Shown piece by piece: positions 8,694-17,565 of a DNA stretch of 25,407 nucleotides. The notes beneath the pieces were generated by a model, which saw nothing but the letters and a program-made list of their open reading frames with translations, did not search any database and was not told where the DNA came from. Position 1 is the first letter of the stretch; every line of letters starts with the position of its first letter. Source of the stretch: Candidatus Hodarchaeota archaeon (GTDB lineage Archaea > Asgardarchaeota > Heimdallarchaeia > Hodarchaeales > Hodarchaeaceae); contig JAHQWW010000048.1 in NCBI GenBank assembly GCA_029856365.1, forward strand, positions 1 through 25,407. Reading direction: 5' to 3'. Both the position numbers and the translations under genes were made by a program.

Positions 8694-10625
8694 TTACTTA
8701 TATTCGTTCAACCGAAAATTAGCCTTTTGTTGGATAAACCAGATGTCTAATTCTTCGGCTTCTTTTGAAATTCGTTTAAGGGCGTTTATCCCATTAGTCT
8801 CATTACCCGAATTTATCCACAGATTTGCTTTTAAAAGGTTAGAATCGAGGATGAAAGCTTTTGATCCTGACATCATAGCGCATTCCTCAGCAAGAGCACA
8901 ATGGTTCTTTGCTATCTTTAAATTTCCTTTTTCCATCTCAATATAAGCTAGATTTAGATTTGCATCAATAGATACTTTTAGATCGGTTAAATCCGTTTTA
9001 GTGATTTCCAATGAGTTTTGATACAATTTCTGAGACTTGGAGAAATCTTGCATTAAGAGATAGACGTATCCCATGCTAAGATAGATACGTGAGAGACCAT
9101 GAATGGAATTCCATTTGAGAAAAACTTTTTCGGCACGGTTTAACAGTTTTAATGCTTGAGATTCGTGAGAATGCAATGCTAGGAGTTCTGCTAATAAGAC
9201 AACATTAAGTGGATTTAATGAGTCCTTACTTTGGAATAATGGTTGTATGGTTTTAATGGCCAGAGGAAAATTTCCCAAATTACGATATAGAGTTGCTTCT
9301 GCTCGTAAGAATCTGCTGAAGATTGGAGAGTTGAGAGCAAGCTGCTGTTGAAATTCACCTCTCTTGGCAAAATAGGTTAATGCTTGATCGAATTGCCCTC
9401 GATAAACCGAAATATAACCTTTCATATGGTTTATTTCTAGGATTAATCGTTGTTTATATTCCTCTGAAACATCGAGATGATTAATCGTTCGTTCTGCAAA
9501 GTTAATGTGTTTCTCTGCTTTCATCCAAAAATTGAGACCGATTAATGTTTGTGCATAATTTATATTTGCATCAAGGAAATATATTCCTTTCATTCTATCA
9601 TCCGCTGCACGGATAGCTGAATTCAGATGACGGAGGGCCCATTCTTGGGATTCATTGAAGCGGCTTAAATTACGGAAAAAATGACTTAACTTTTCCTCAG
9701 TAATCATTACTGCAAGATTATTATTCTGTTTTGTAAGAAGGTCAATTTCTGACGCAAGATTATCTAATGTTTTTTTGTACATTCCTTGTCTCCAATAAGC
9801 ATCAGATAATTTCGTATAGCATTCAGCAAGATGAAAATTATCTCCGAGAGCTTCATAAAGTGATTTAGCTTGATTGAGGAAACGAAGTCCCTCTGTTGTT
9901 GTAGATTTAATCTGTATCAAGAGAGCTCCCACAATAGATGCGAACTTTGCTCCAGCTTTATTACCCTCAAATTCTTGGATTTTTTCAAGAGCACTATTTA
10001 AAGAAACTATCATGTCATTATAATTTTTATCTTGAAATAATTCGATTGCTTCAGAAATATTGGTTGAAGCTAATTCATAAGCTGATTGCCCATAAGATCT
10101 CCCTAGAGATATTGTATTTCTTTGAACTATCTTAACCAGATTATCAGGAATATCAAATTTGATTAAGAGTCCTTCATCGATACTGGGAGATAGAGATGGG
10201 TCACGATTTTTTAATACTATCTGGAAAATATCATCAAGTCGTTGATTTTCTATATAATTCCATAAAATCTTTGCAGTTCGTTGTTCAGCCTCTAGTTGAT
10301 TTTGGACTTCCTCCAAAACCTTGTCATAGAATGTATTATAGACCTTTAAGAAATCCTGTTGAAAATGATAACTTTTTACTAGATTATCGTCATATTGAGC
10401 CATTTCCTTTGTGATTATTTGTGAGAAGAGTTTACTAGCCAATAGAAAGTGAGTATCACGATCAGAGAATTTTCTCAGTTGGTCGATTAATATTTCAATC
10501 GTTTTGTTTTTCATTTGAGGTTTAAGGTATTCTAGGTCACCAAAATGTCTGGAAGGTTCATTCTGAAGATAATTATGAATAAGACTCGAATAATCATTTT
10601 GTAGTGAATCATTCATAAGCAACAA
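8694..10625 (-). CDS. Large TPR/helical-repeat protein
   Basis: Repeated TPR-like units such as LAECYTKLSDAYWRQGMYKKTL, LSRIYLSMGYVYLLMQDFSKSQKLY and ANLNLAYIEMEKGNLKIA. The N-terminal ~190 aa are unassigned. Confidence 0.8.
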   Translation of the reverse strand: MLLMNDSLQNDYSSLIHNYLQNEPSRHFGDLEYLKPQMKNKTIEILIDQLRKFSDRDTHFLLASKLFSQIITKEMAQYDDNLVKSYHFQQDFLKVYNTFYDKVLEEVQNQLEAEQRTAKILWNYIENQRLDDIFQIVLKNRDPSLSPSIDEGLLIKFDIPDNLVKIVQRNTISLGRSYGQSAYELASTNISEAIELFQDKNYNDMIVSLNSALEKIQEFEGNKAGAKFASIVGALLIQIKSTTTEGLRFLNQAKSLYEALGDNFHLAECYTKLSDAYWRQGMYKKTLDNLASEIDLLTKQNNNLAVMITEEKLSHFFRNLSRFNESQEWALRHLNSAIRAADDRMKGIYFLDANINYAQTLIGLNFWMKAEKHINFAERTINHLDVSEEYKQRLILEINHMKGYISVYRGQFDQALTYFAKRGEFQQQLALNSPIFSRFLRAEATLYRNLGNFPLAIKTIQPLFQSKDSLNPLNVVLLAELLALHSHESQALKLLNRAEKVFLKWNSIHGLSRIYLSMGYVYLLMQDFSKSQKLYQNSLEITKTDLTDLKVSIDANLNLAYIEMEKGNLKIAKNHCALAEECAMMSGSKAFILDSNLLKANLWINSGNETNGINALKRISKEAEELDIWFIQQKANFRLNEYK

Positions 10626-10697
10626 TAATAAATGTAAAAGAGGATTAAAAGACTGACGAATAAATGCATTGAAAGAAGAGTAGTTTAATAAGGTGAC

Positions 10698-11801
10698 GTG
10701 ATGACCAAAAACAGTATTTACGCAGATAGATTGATGAGACTCAAATCTGATATGAGAAGGTTCCAGATTGAATGTTTAATTGTGTCACCTGGCGTCAATT
10801 TTAGATACATCTTTGGCTTATTAGAAGAACCAAGTGAAAGACTTCTTGTAGGAATAATTGAAGCTGAAAATTCCCCCAAGATGCTAGTCCCTAGTTTTGA
10901 AGTAGATCGGATAAAAAAATTAACGGGAGTAAGGGATTGTTTTGGATGGGAAGAGACTCAAGATCCTTACAGCCTGTTACCAGAACTTATCCCATCAGAT
11001 ATTGGAAAAACAATAGCTATTGAGCCAAAAATGTGGTTCTCAGTATATCAAAAGATTGCTAAAAAATTTTCTGAAAGGAAATTCATATCAGCTTCCGAAT
11101 GCCTCTTTGATCCACTACGCGCAGTTAAAGATGAACATGAACAGGAATTTCTATTGAAAGCATCTCAAAAATCCGGAGATGTTATTGTTGAAACATTAAA
11201 CGAACTAGAAGTTGGTATTTCAGAGATTGAAGTTAAAACGATTCTCAAAGAAAAATTGTTATGGAGTTCAAATGAAAAGTCAGGTGCCTTAGTTCAGTTT
11301 GGTGATAATTCTTCCCTGCCCCACTACTCTGGTGGTAACAGAATATTACAAAAAAATGATGTTGTGCTTATTGATGCCGGAGGAACTATAGATAATTATT
11401 GGGGAGATATCACTATTACCACAGTCTTTGGAAAGGCATCCAGACGTTTCAAAAACATTTATGACATTGTATATTCAGCTAATGAACGAGGAAAAGAAGC
11501 AGTGATTGAAAATAAACTTCCATCTGATGTTGATTCAGCAACAAGAGGATTCATCACAAACGAAGGATATGGGGAGTTTTTCACTCACCGTACAGGTCAT
11601 GGTATCGGTTTGGAGGTGCATGAACATCCTTATATCGTGGGAAATAATCAAACACCTTTGGTTCCCGGTAATGTATTTACAATTGAGCCTGGAATCTATT
11701 TACCAGGTGAATTTGGTGTTCGTATTGAAGATGATGTTATCAAAACCGAAACAGGAATCAAAACAAGCCAAATTCCTCGTTATGAGCTTCTAGAAATTTA
11801 G
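10698..11801 (+). CDS. pepQ: Xaa-Pro peptidase, M24B family (prolidase/aminopeptidase P)
   Basis: Creatinase-like N-domain. Metal ligands lie in IDAG, GDIT, HRTGHGIGLEVHE, IEPGIY and RIEDD. Start is GTG 10698 or ATG 10701. Confidence 0.92.
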   Translation: MMTKNSIYADRLMRLKSDMRRFQIECLIVSPGVNFRYIFGLLEEPSERLLVGIIEAENSPKMLVPSFEVDRIKKLTGVRDCFGWEETQDPYSLLPELIPSDIGKTIAIEPKMWFSVYQKIAKKFSERKFISASECLFDPLRAVKDEHEQEFLLKASQKSGDVIVETLNELEVGISEIEVKTILKEKLLWSSNEKSGALVQFGDNSSLPHYSGGNRILQKNDVVLIDAGGTIDNYWGDITITTVFGKASRRFKNIYDIVYSANERGKEAVIENKLPSDVDSATRGFITNEGYGEFFTHRTGHGIGLEVHEHPYIVGNNQTPLVPGNVFTIEPGIYLPGEFGVRIEDDVIKTETGIKTSQIPRYELLEI

Positions 11802-12041
11802 CCTTGTTAAAAAACACCTAAAAATGCGTCTATAAACTGTAAAGGAAACAATGAAAGGCAAGTCTCCTATCATAAGCCCCCCCCCAAAAAATGAAAAAAA
11901 GGAAAAACTCACAAAGTAATTCGCACGAGAAGCACTCTAAGATTGTTACCTTTTAATTCACGGGCAGAAAAAGTGCACCTGATTTAAGGAGTAAATATAT
12001 TCTTGACCAGAGTCGCAGAATAAGGAGGCCTTTGGGAACTT

Positions 12042-13043
12042 ATGGAAATCAGAAAAATTCAGGTTACTGGAGCTGGTGATACTCGTATCATATCTCTTCC
12101 TAAGGATTGGGCAGAGCGTTACCAACTTGATAAGGGAGACAACATTATCATCAAAGAACTATCAACTGGTGACTTAATTGTCTATCCTCAGAAGTCACTT
12201 GAACCTCAAAAACGAGTAGCAAGAATTATTGAATCTGATCATGTGAATAGAGACATTCTTGCTGCATACCTGTTAGGGAGTGATATAATAGTTGTTGTTT
12301 CAAAGAAGGGAGAAGCATTAGCTCAAAAAAGCAACATTAAAGATCTAAGTCGTCAGTTAATTGGTTTAGAAATCCTTGGTGAGACTCAGGAGAGAATTGA
12401 ACTACACTTCTTAATTGGAGAAGAAAAAGAAAACCCGCGGAAGTACGTCAAAAGATGTTTTTCAATTGCCAACCAAATGCAGAGTGATGCCATCACTGCA
12501 TTCCTGAAAGGAGATGCAGAGCTAGCCAGGGAAGTAATAGACAGGGATGTGGAAGTTAATAGGCTTTATTTCCTTATTGTAAGAATGTTAAAAATAATGG
12601 CTGATGATAAACGTGAGGTATCATATTTGAAAGGACCTGCGTGCTTGGATTGGCGAATGATTGCAACATATAGCGAAGATTTGGGAGATGCTTCAGTTGA
12701 ATTTGCTCGCATTCTAAAAGAAAATCCCCATATGAATACAAGTCTTTCTTCAGAGACTTTGGGGAAGATTAGATTACTAAGTGATTTAACCACTGAGTCG
12801 TTAAATCAAAGTTTAGACTATTTTTTTGAACAGAACGTTATTGGTGCTGAGATTATGAAGAGGAAAATTGCTACTCAACTCCGTAATGCTCATAGGGGGA
12901 TTCAAGATGACATTTCTAAGCTTGAAAAAGAAATTGTTTGGCAATTATCCTCCCTTCTGAACTTATTCAAGGAGCTTCATGAAACAGCTATTGACATCGG
13001 AGATTTGGTTATTGCTAAAGTGAATGATGAATCTGAGAAATAA
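12042..13043 (+). CDS. phoU: Archaeal phosphate uptake regulator (AbrB N-domain plus PhoU domains)
   Basis: RKIQVTG...ISLPKDW...L.KGD (AbrB), ILAAYLLG, IGLEI and A.EVIDRD.EVNRLYFLIVR (PhoU). AAGGAGG at 12022-12028. Confidence 0.9.
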   Translation: MEIRKIQVTGAGDTRIISLPKDWAERYQLDKGDNIIIKELSTGDLIVYPQKSLEPQKRVARIIESDHVNRDILAAYLLGSDIIVVVSKKGEALAQKSNIKDLSRQLIGLEILGETQERIELHFLIGEEKENPRKYVKRCFSIANQMQSDAITAFLKGDAELAREVIDRDVEVNRLYFLIVRMLKIMADDKREVSYLKGPACLDWRMIATYSEDLGDASVEFARILKENPHMNTSLSSETLGKIRLLSDLTTESLNQSLDYFFEQNVIGAEIMKRKIATQLRNAHRGIQDDISKLEKEIVWQLSSLLNLFKELHETAIDIGDLVIAKVNDESEK

Positions 13044-13280
13044 CTCATTTTAACTTTATAATATTATTAGTAAATTATCACGAATCACTTAAATCTTCTT
13101 AAAATTTGTATCAATTAAAGATCACACATCAGAAACTGAAGTTATCACTTTCTATGTAATTTAGTTATTTGATTTTCCAAGTTTAATAAGGAGATAGCGG
13201 AAACCAGATAGAAAGTCTAATAAAGATATCACAAATTGAGTGAATTAGAAACAAATCTATCAATTGGAGAGTACAGAGAA

Positions 13281-13505
13281 ATGGCTATAAAAGAAGAAAT
13301 TGCTCAGTCACTAGAAGAATTGAGAGTATACTTGCAACGCGATGGTGGCGATGTGGAGTTTGTAGATTATGAAGATGGGGTTCTTAAAGTACGATTAATG
13401 GGAGCATGCCGAGGATGCCCTTATTCTCAGATGACCCTCGCAAATGGTATCAAACGAACATTGCAACAAAAGTTTCCTCAGTTACAGGAAGTAGAGAATG
13501 TTTAG
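13281..13505 (+). CDS. NifU/NfuA C-terminal domain Fe-S carrier protein
   Basis: LR.YLQRDGGDVEFV and VRLMGACRGCP.SQMTL..GI. ATG 13281, with GGAGA upstream, is preferred over TTG 13236. Confidence 0.93.
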   Translation: MAIKEEIAQSLEELRVYLQRDGGDVEFVDYEDGVLKVRLMGACRGCPYSQMTLANGIKRTLQQKFPQLQEVENV

Positions 13506-13869
13506 CTTCTATATCCAAGAATAACATTCTATTTATTTTTATTCGAAAATTATACAATGTTTCATGTCAATCAGGAGTAGTAATCGCTACCTGATTGATC
13601 TTTTTTTGAATGTACAATCTAAATGCTTTAAATCGATGATATTATGATTCTTGTTATTCTTATATCAAATGTATTGATTGATTCAAACTATATTCTTAGT
13701 TTTTGCAGAAAAGAACATCCTCGTACCATATTCTTCCAATTCTCCCTTATAGGAATTTTACAAGGTTATGTTAATAAACTCTGACATTAAATATTTAAAT
13801 AATTCATCTGATATTGTTCTTCTGATTTAAATAGTTTAATAAGATTATTTCTGATGAATTTCCTGATAG

Positions 13870-14007
13870 TTTGAAAAAAACGAGGGAAGTGGAATTGGTT
13901 TAGCACATTGTACAAAGAATGTAGAGACCCACGGAGGAAATATTTGGGTTGAAAGTGAAGAGAGAAAAGGCAGAACGATGTTTGTTAAGTTCCTTTTGGT
14001 AAAATAA
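13870..14007 (+). pseudogene. Remnant of a histidine kinase HATPase_c domain (C-terminal fragment)
   Basis: Reads [45 protein letters not shown], matching the G2 box (GxGxGLA) and HGG.IWVES...G.T. It is immediately preceded by in-frame TGA TAG (13864-13869), with no start codon ahead of the G2 box. Confidence 0.85.
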
Positions 14008-14032
14008 TTAATGAAACAAACTGGTTTTTTAA

Positions 14033-14806
14033 TCAAATTCGTAGAAAATCTTCGATTTTTTTGAATAGCTCTTCCGAATCAGGTTCTACGGTCAGTATAT
14101 GACCTGACTTAGGTAATTCAAGTATTTCAACTTCAATATTCGTAGTAAATTTCTGTTCTTTTGCATCTAAAATTGCTGAAATGGAAATCATGTCATCAAG
14201 GGCCCCATATGCAATCAAAGTGGGTATAGTAATACAAATTGGTTGTTGATGCATATACTTGAGAAAGCGTGTAAACTGGATGATTGAAGTAGTTGGACGA
14301 TACATATAACTATAGAGGTTGTGGTCCTTGAAATATTGGAGAGATTCTTCTCCCTTATACAAATATTTCTTAAAAATTTTCAAAAATGGGATTAATCTTA
14401 CTAATCGTGATTTCAGAGCAAATGGTGGTGCTAAAAGGATTAAATTTGGAATTTTTGCTTCAGGATGTTGATGAACGAAATAGAGGCATAATATCGCTCC
14501 TAAGGAGATTCCAATAGGGATAACAGTCTGACAGTGATCTTTGAGATTTGAAAACCCAGTTTCTACAGACTTATACCAATCATGCCAGGTGAATTGAGAT
14601 AATTCTTTATAATTTGTACCATGACCCGCTAATCGTATCCCATGAACTGTATAGCCTTTCTCATGGAGAAATTCACCTAAGGGTAGTGTTTCTGTAGGTG
14701 AGGCAGTAAATCCATGAACCAACAACACCCCTACTTCTGATCCTTCAAAATAAAATGATTTAGCAAGATGTTTTAACGATTCTAATTCATTAAAATCATT
14801 TTTCAT
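14033..14806 (-). CDS. Alpha/beta-hydrolase, carboxylesterase/monoacylglycerol lipase type
   Basis: GVLLVHGFT..P, L.GHGT, nucleophile elbow GISLG, acid G..DDMI and base SGH. Confidence 0.92.
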   Translation of the reverse strand: MKNDFNELESLKHLAKSFYFEGSEVGVLLVHGFTASPTETLPLGEFLHEKGYTVHGIRLAGHGTNYKELSQFTWHDWYKSVETGFSNLKDHCQTVIPIGISLGAILCLYFVHQHPEAKIPNLILLAPPFALKSRLVRLIPFLKIFKKYLYKGEESLQYFKDHNLYSYMYRPTTSIIQFTRFLKYMHQQPICITIPTLIAYGALDDMISISAILDAKEQKFTTNIEVEILELPKSGHILTVEPDSEELFKKIEDFLRI

Positions 14807-14879
14807 CTAATTTACACCAATAAACATAGTATTTTGGTTTTTATAAGTCATGGAGATAAAAACTAAAAGAAATATAAAA

Positions 14880-14920
14880 GTTCAAGAACATTCAAGAATC
14901 GTTTAACAAATGCAATTTAA
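14880..14920 (+). promoter_or_regulatory. Shared upstream element, copy 1: GTTCAAGAACAT-N19-TGCAATTTAA
   Basis: The 12-mer (14880-14891) is identical to 17470-17481 and contains the palindrome GTTC-AA-GAAC. The second box (14911-14920) matches 17500-17509 at 9/10 positions. Confidence 0.65.
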
Positions 14921-14955
14921 GTTTGCGTGAGAAATTTCAATCGAGAGGTTCTAGT

Positions 14956-16332
14956 GTGAACTGCAAAGTTATTATCACTAACAAGAAGATATCAAATGTT
15001 CTCTTGACAGTTATGCTTTGTTTAAGCAATCTAATTATATTGGGAGCTAAAGCCGACATTCAAGCACTTGTTGATCAACAATATCCGATTAAAATTGAAC
15101 AGAGTGAAATTCCCCTTTTTGGTGGGATTAATTCTATTCGTGTAATTATTGGAGAAAGCACAATTGGTGTACTCTATGGTACGATTGATAATCCTCAACC
15201 ACTCTACTTATTCACTGAATTCTCACAAAAAATAGCCACAGTTCAGATTTTCAATCGTCGAGGAACTCTAGAAAAAGAGATAGAATTGAATGTCCAAAAT
15301 ATATTTGCAGTTCGTTTGGATACTATAATTGAATTCTCTGATAGGAATAATGATGGTTTGTACAATGCCGTACAAGACCATATACCTCTAAAGATGGTAA
15401 ACCTTTCAGCGGTTTCATTCTATGTTACAAAAAATAATGATAGCTCGAGTTCTTCCGGAGATTACATCAGATATAATGTGAATTTTACCGCGAGGAACAT
15501 CTCTTATCAAAGGATTGATAATTCCCCTATCAGATCAACTTTAGATAGTCTTTGTTTTGCTTTTGAACTGACAATCGAACAAGACCAAGTAATAGTGTCT
15601 GAAGTTCCAATTATTTCTATTCATCCACAAGGTCTAGGTTTTGAAGTTTCTAAAACTGTTAATAGCGAAGGTTTACGAGCAAATCGCTTAACTCCTCGAT
15701 TGAAGTTTTCATGTAGTATTGTAGGATGGGATTATTCTTCATCCAAATCGAAGCTTTTGCTAAAAAGTGCAATGATAACGCGTGAGGAAATCTTGACGAC
15801 GTTAGGAGCAATATCTGGCAAAGATATAACTCGGGAAACCCTAAAATCAACTAATATCTTCAGTAGATTGACATTTAACGTTGAGCAAGACGGAGGAGCA
15901 AGACAGTCATATTTAGATCACAAAGAAAATCGTACCAAAGAATATTCTACTCGTAAGTTTTCAAATTTCCAGATATCTTTAGGAAATTCAATAAGGAATT
16001 TTCTGAATTTAACCTGGCAGCCTTATCTTGATGCAGATGGCAAGGATTATCCAGTGGTTTTTCAGTTATTAAAATCTGGCGAAGCAACCTTTCGTTTTCA
16101 TCACGCTAATCCGTTAACAAGTCTTTATCTAATTGGTGGATTTGTTTTTCCTCAAGGAGAGGAAATCTTTTATGACCCTGAAGTCCAACTAGAAGAATTA
16201 AATCCCATTTTCTCTATACCTAAGATACCAAATCGTTCAATACTAGAAGATAATAGCCTGATAATACTGATTTCAGGATTCTTCATAGGTATTTTGATCT
16301 TGTTCCATCAACTTACCAATAGACGGAGATAA
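14956..16332 (+). CDS. Secreted, C-terminally membrane-anchored surface protein (paralog A)
   Basis: Signal-peptide-like N-terminus ending A-K-A, a DxNxDG loop (IIEFSDRNNDGLY), beta-rich body, IFYDP motif, then a TM helix and RRR. GTG 14956 with GAGGT at 14945-14949 is preferred over TTG 14923. Confidence 0.8.
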   Translation: MNCKVIITNKKISNVLLTVMLCLSNLIILGAKADIQALVDQQYPIKIEQSEIPLFGGINSIRVIIGESTIGVLYGTIDNPQPLYLFTEFSQKIATVQIFNRRGTLEKEIELNVQNIFAVRLDTIIEFSDRNNDGLYNAVQDHIPLKMVNLSAVSFYVTKNNDSSSSSGDYIRYNVNFTARNISYQRIDNSPIRSTLDSLCFAFELTIEQDQVIVSEVPIISIHPQGLGFEVSKTVNSEGLRANRLTPRLKFSCSIVGWDYSSSKSKLLLKSAMITREEILTTLGAISGKDITRETLKSTNIFSRLTFNVEQDGGARQSYLDHKENRTKEYSTRKFSNFQISLGNSIRNFLNLTWQPYLDADGKDYPVVFQLLKSGEATFRFHHANPLTSLYLIGGFVFPQGEEIFYDPEVQLEELNPIFSIPKIPNRSILEDNSLIILISGFFIGILILFHQLTNRRR

Positions 16333-16383
16333 AGATACAGGATATTCACCTAAGGTATGTGAATTAATCAAGGATTAGTCGCT

Positions 16384-17271
16384 ATGACAGAGAATGAGGA
16401 GTATTCAGAAGCTGAATCAAAATCACTCCATAATATTTATGCTGCCTTAGGTCATGCCATTCGCTATGACATTGTTAATTATCTAGGAGCATTTCATAGA
16501 CCTGTAAATTATTCAGAATTAGTAGAATGGCTACAGATAAAACCTGGTTCCTTCTACTTCCATATGAGAAAGTTAAAGGATTTAGTTAACCAGAATTCAG
16601 AAAAGCTTTTTTACTTAACATCCACAGGACAACTAGCTTTAGAAGTAATAAGATCAGGAGAAAATTTACAATCTAGATCTCAAGTTTCTGTTGAAGAATC
16701 GAAAAGAGAAGAAATAATTCCCCCAAAGCGATTTTCAATTATTTTCTTTGGTGAATTTGTCCGTAGATCAGCATTCAATACCCAATTCAAGCTATTTATT
16801 TTATTGATAGTTATAACACAAATATTTCTCCTTGATTTTTCGAGGTTAGGAACGGTTCCCTTTTATCTTGATGGAAATCTATACTATGGGATTCTAGGTT
16901 GTATTATTGAATTATTTGGATCTTTCTTAATTGTCTGGGCTCTCCTAGAATTTGTGATACGTTTTTATAGCCCCATAAAGCACTTCTCAAGTGAACTCTT
17001 AACAGGGATTCCATTAGCAATGATACCACTATTTGTGTATCCGCTATTAGTAATTTTAGCAGATAGAATTCAATTTTTAGAGCAGATTGTATCACATTCA
17101 GCATTATCTATTACTATTATCTTCTTTCTACAAATAATAACCGCAATTTTTTTGGTTCAATTATTACAGGTAATTAAATCTGTTAATTTTGAAAGAGCTT
17201 TAGTACCTGTGTTCATTATCCTTTATGGTTTCAGTATCTTGAGTTTTATAATTTCTAATCTTTCATTCTAA
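16384..17271 (+). CDS. Membrane-tethered transcription regulator: ArsR-like wHTH plus ~5-TM domain (Yip1-like)
   Basis: The N-terminus IYAALGHAIRYDIV.YL....V.YSEL...L.IKPGSFYFHMRKL.DLV...FYLTSTGQ.A is an ArsR/HTH_20-type wHTH. The C-terminal ~160 aa are hydrophobic helices. Confidence 0.82.
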   Translation: MTENEEYSEAESKSLHNIYAALGHAIRYDIVNYLGAFHRPVNYSELVEWLQIKPGSFYFHMRKLKDLVNQNSEKLFYLTSTGQLALEVIRSGENLQSRSQVSVEESKREEIIPPKRFSIIFFGEFVRRSAFNTQFKLFILLIVITQIFLLDFSRLGTVPFYLDGNLYYGILGCIIELFGSFLIVWALLEFVIRFYSPIKHFSSELLTGIPLAMIPLFVYPLLVILADRIQFLEQIVSHSALSITIIFFLQIITAIFLVQLLQVIKSVNFERALVPVFIILYGFSILSFIISNLSF

Positions 17272-17469
17272 AGTCCAACAAGTGTTGAACAGATTTTTTT
17301 TATATATTTATTGATTTCTTCCGGTCTTATTTATACAAATATCGCTTCGAAGATTTTTTCTTTTTTTTTCATAGCTTGTGAGGCTATAGATGGGCTTTTA
17401 AAGAAATTTAATAACAATTTTCAGTTCAAAATGGTGAATTTAGGGATTTCAACATTTGTATAACATATT

Positions 17470-17509
17470 GTTCAAGAACATAGATTCTGTAAATTTAATT
17501 GCAATCTAA
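17470..17509 (+). promoter_or_regulatory. Shared upstream element, copy 2: GTTCAAGAACAT-N18-TGCAATCTAA
   Basis: TGTTC-AA-GAACA perfect palindrome at 17469-17480. It matches the element at 14880-14920 in sequence, orientation and spacing (one nt shorter). Confidence 0.65.
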
Positions 17510-17565
17510 AATTCAGATTGACACTATAAAGAAAAAAAATCAAATAAAAATGGTGAAGAATTTAG

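Noticed and set aside
13845-14036. 63-aa minus-strand ORF in the track
   Set aside because: It is the antisense shadow of the histidine-kinase remnant on the plus strand.
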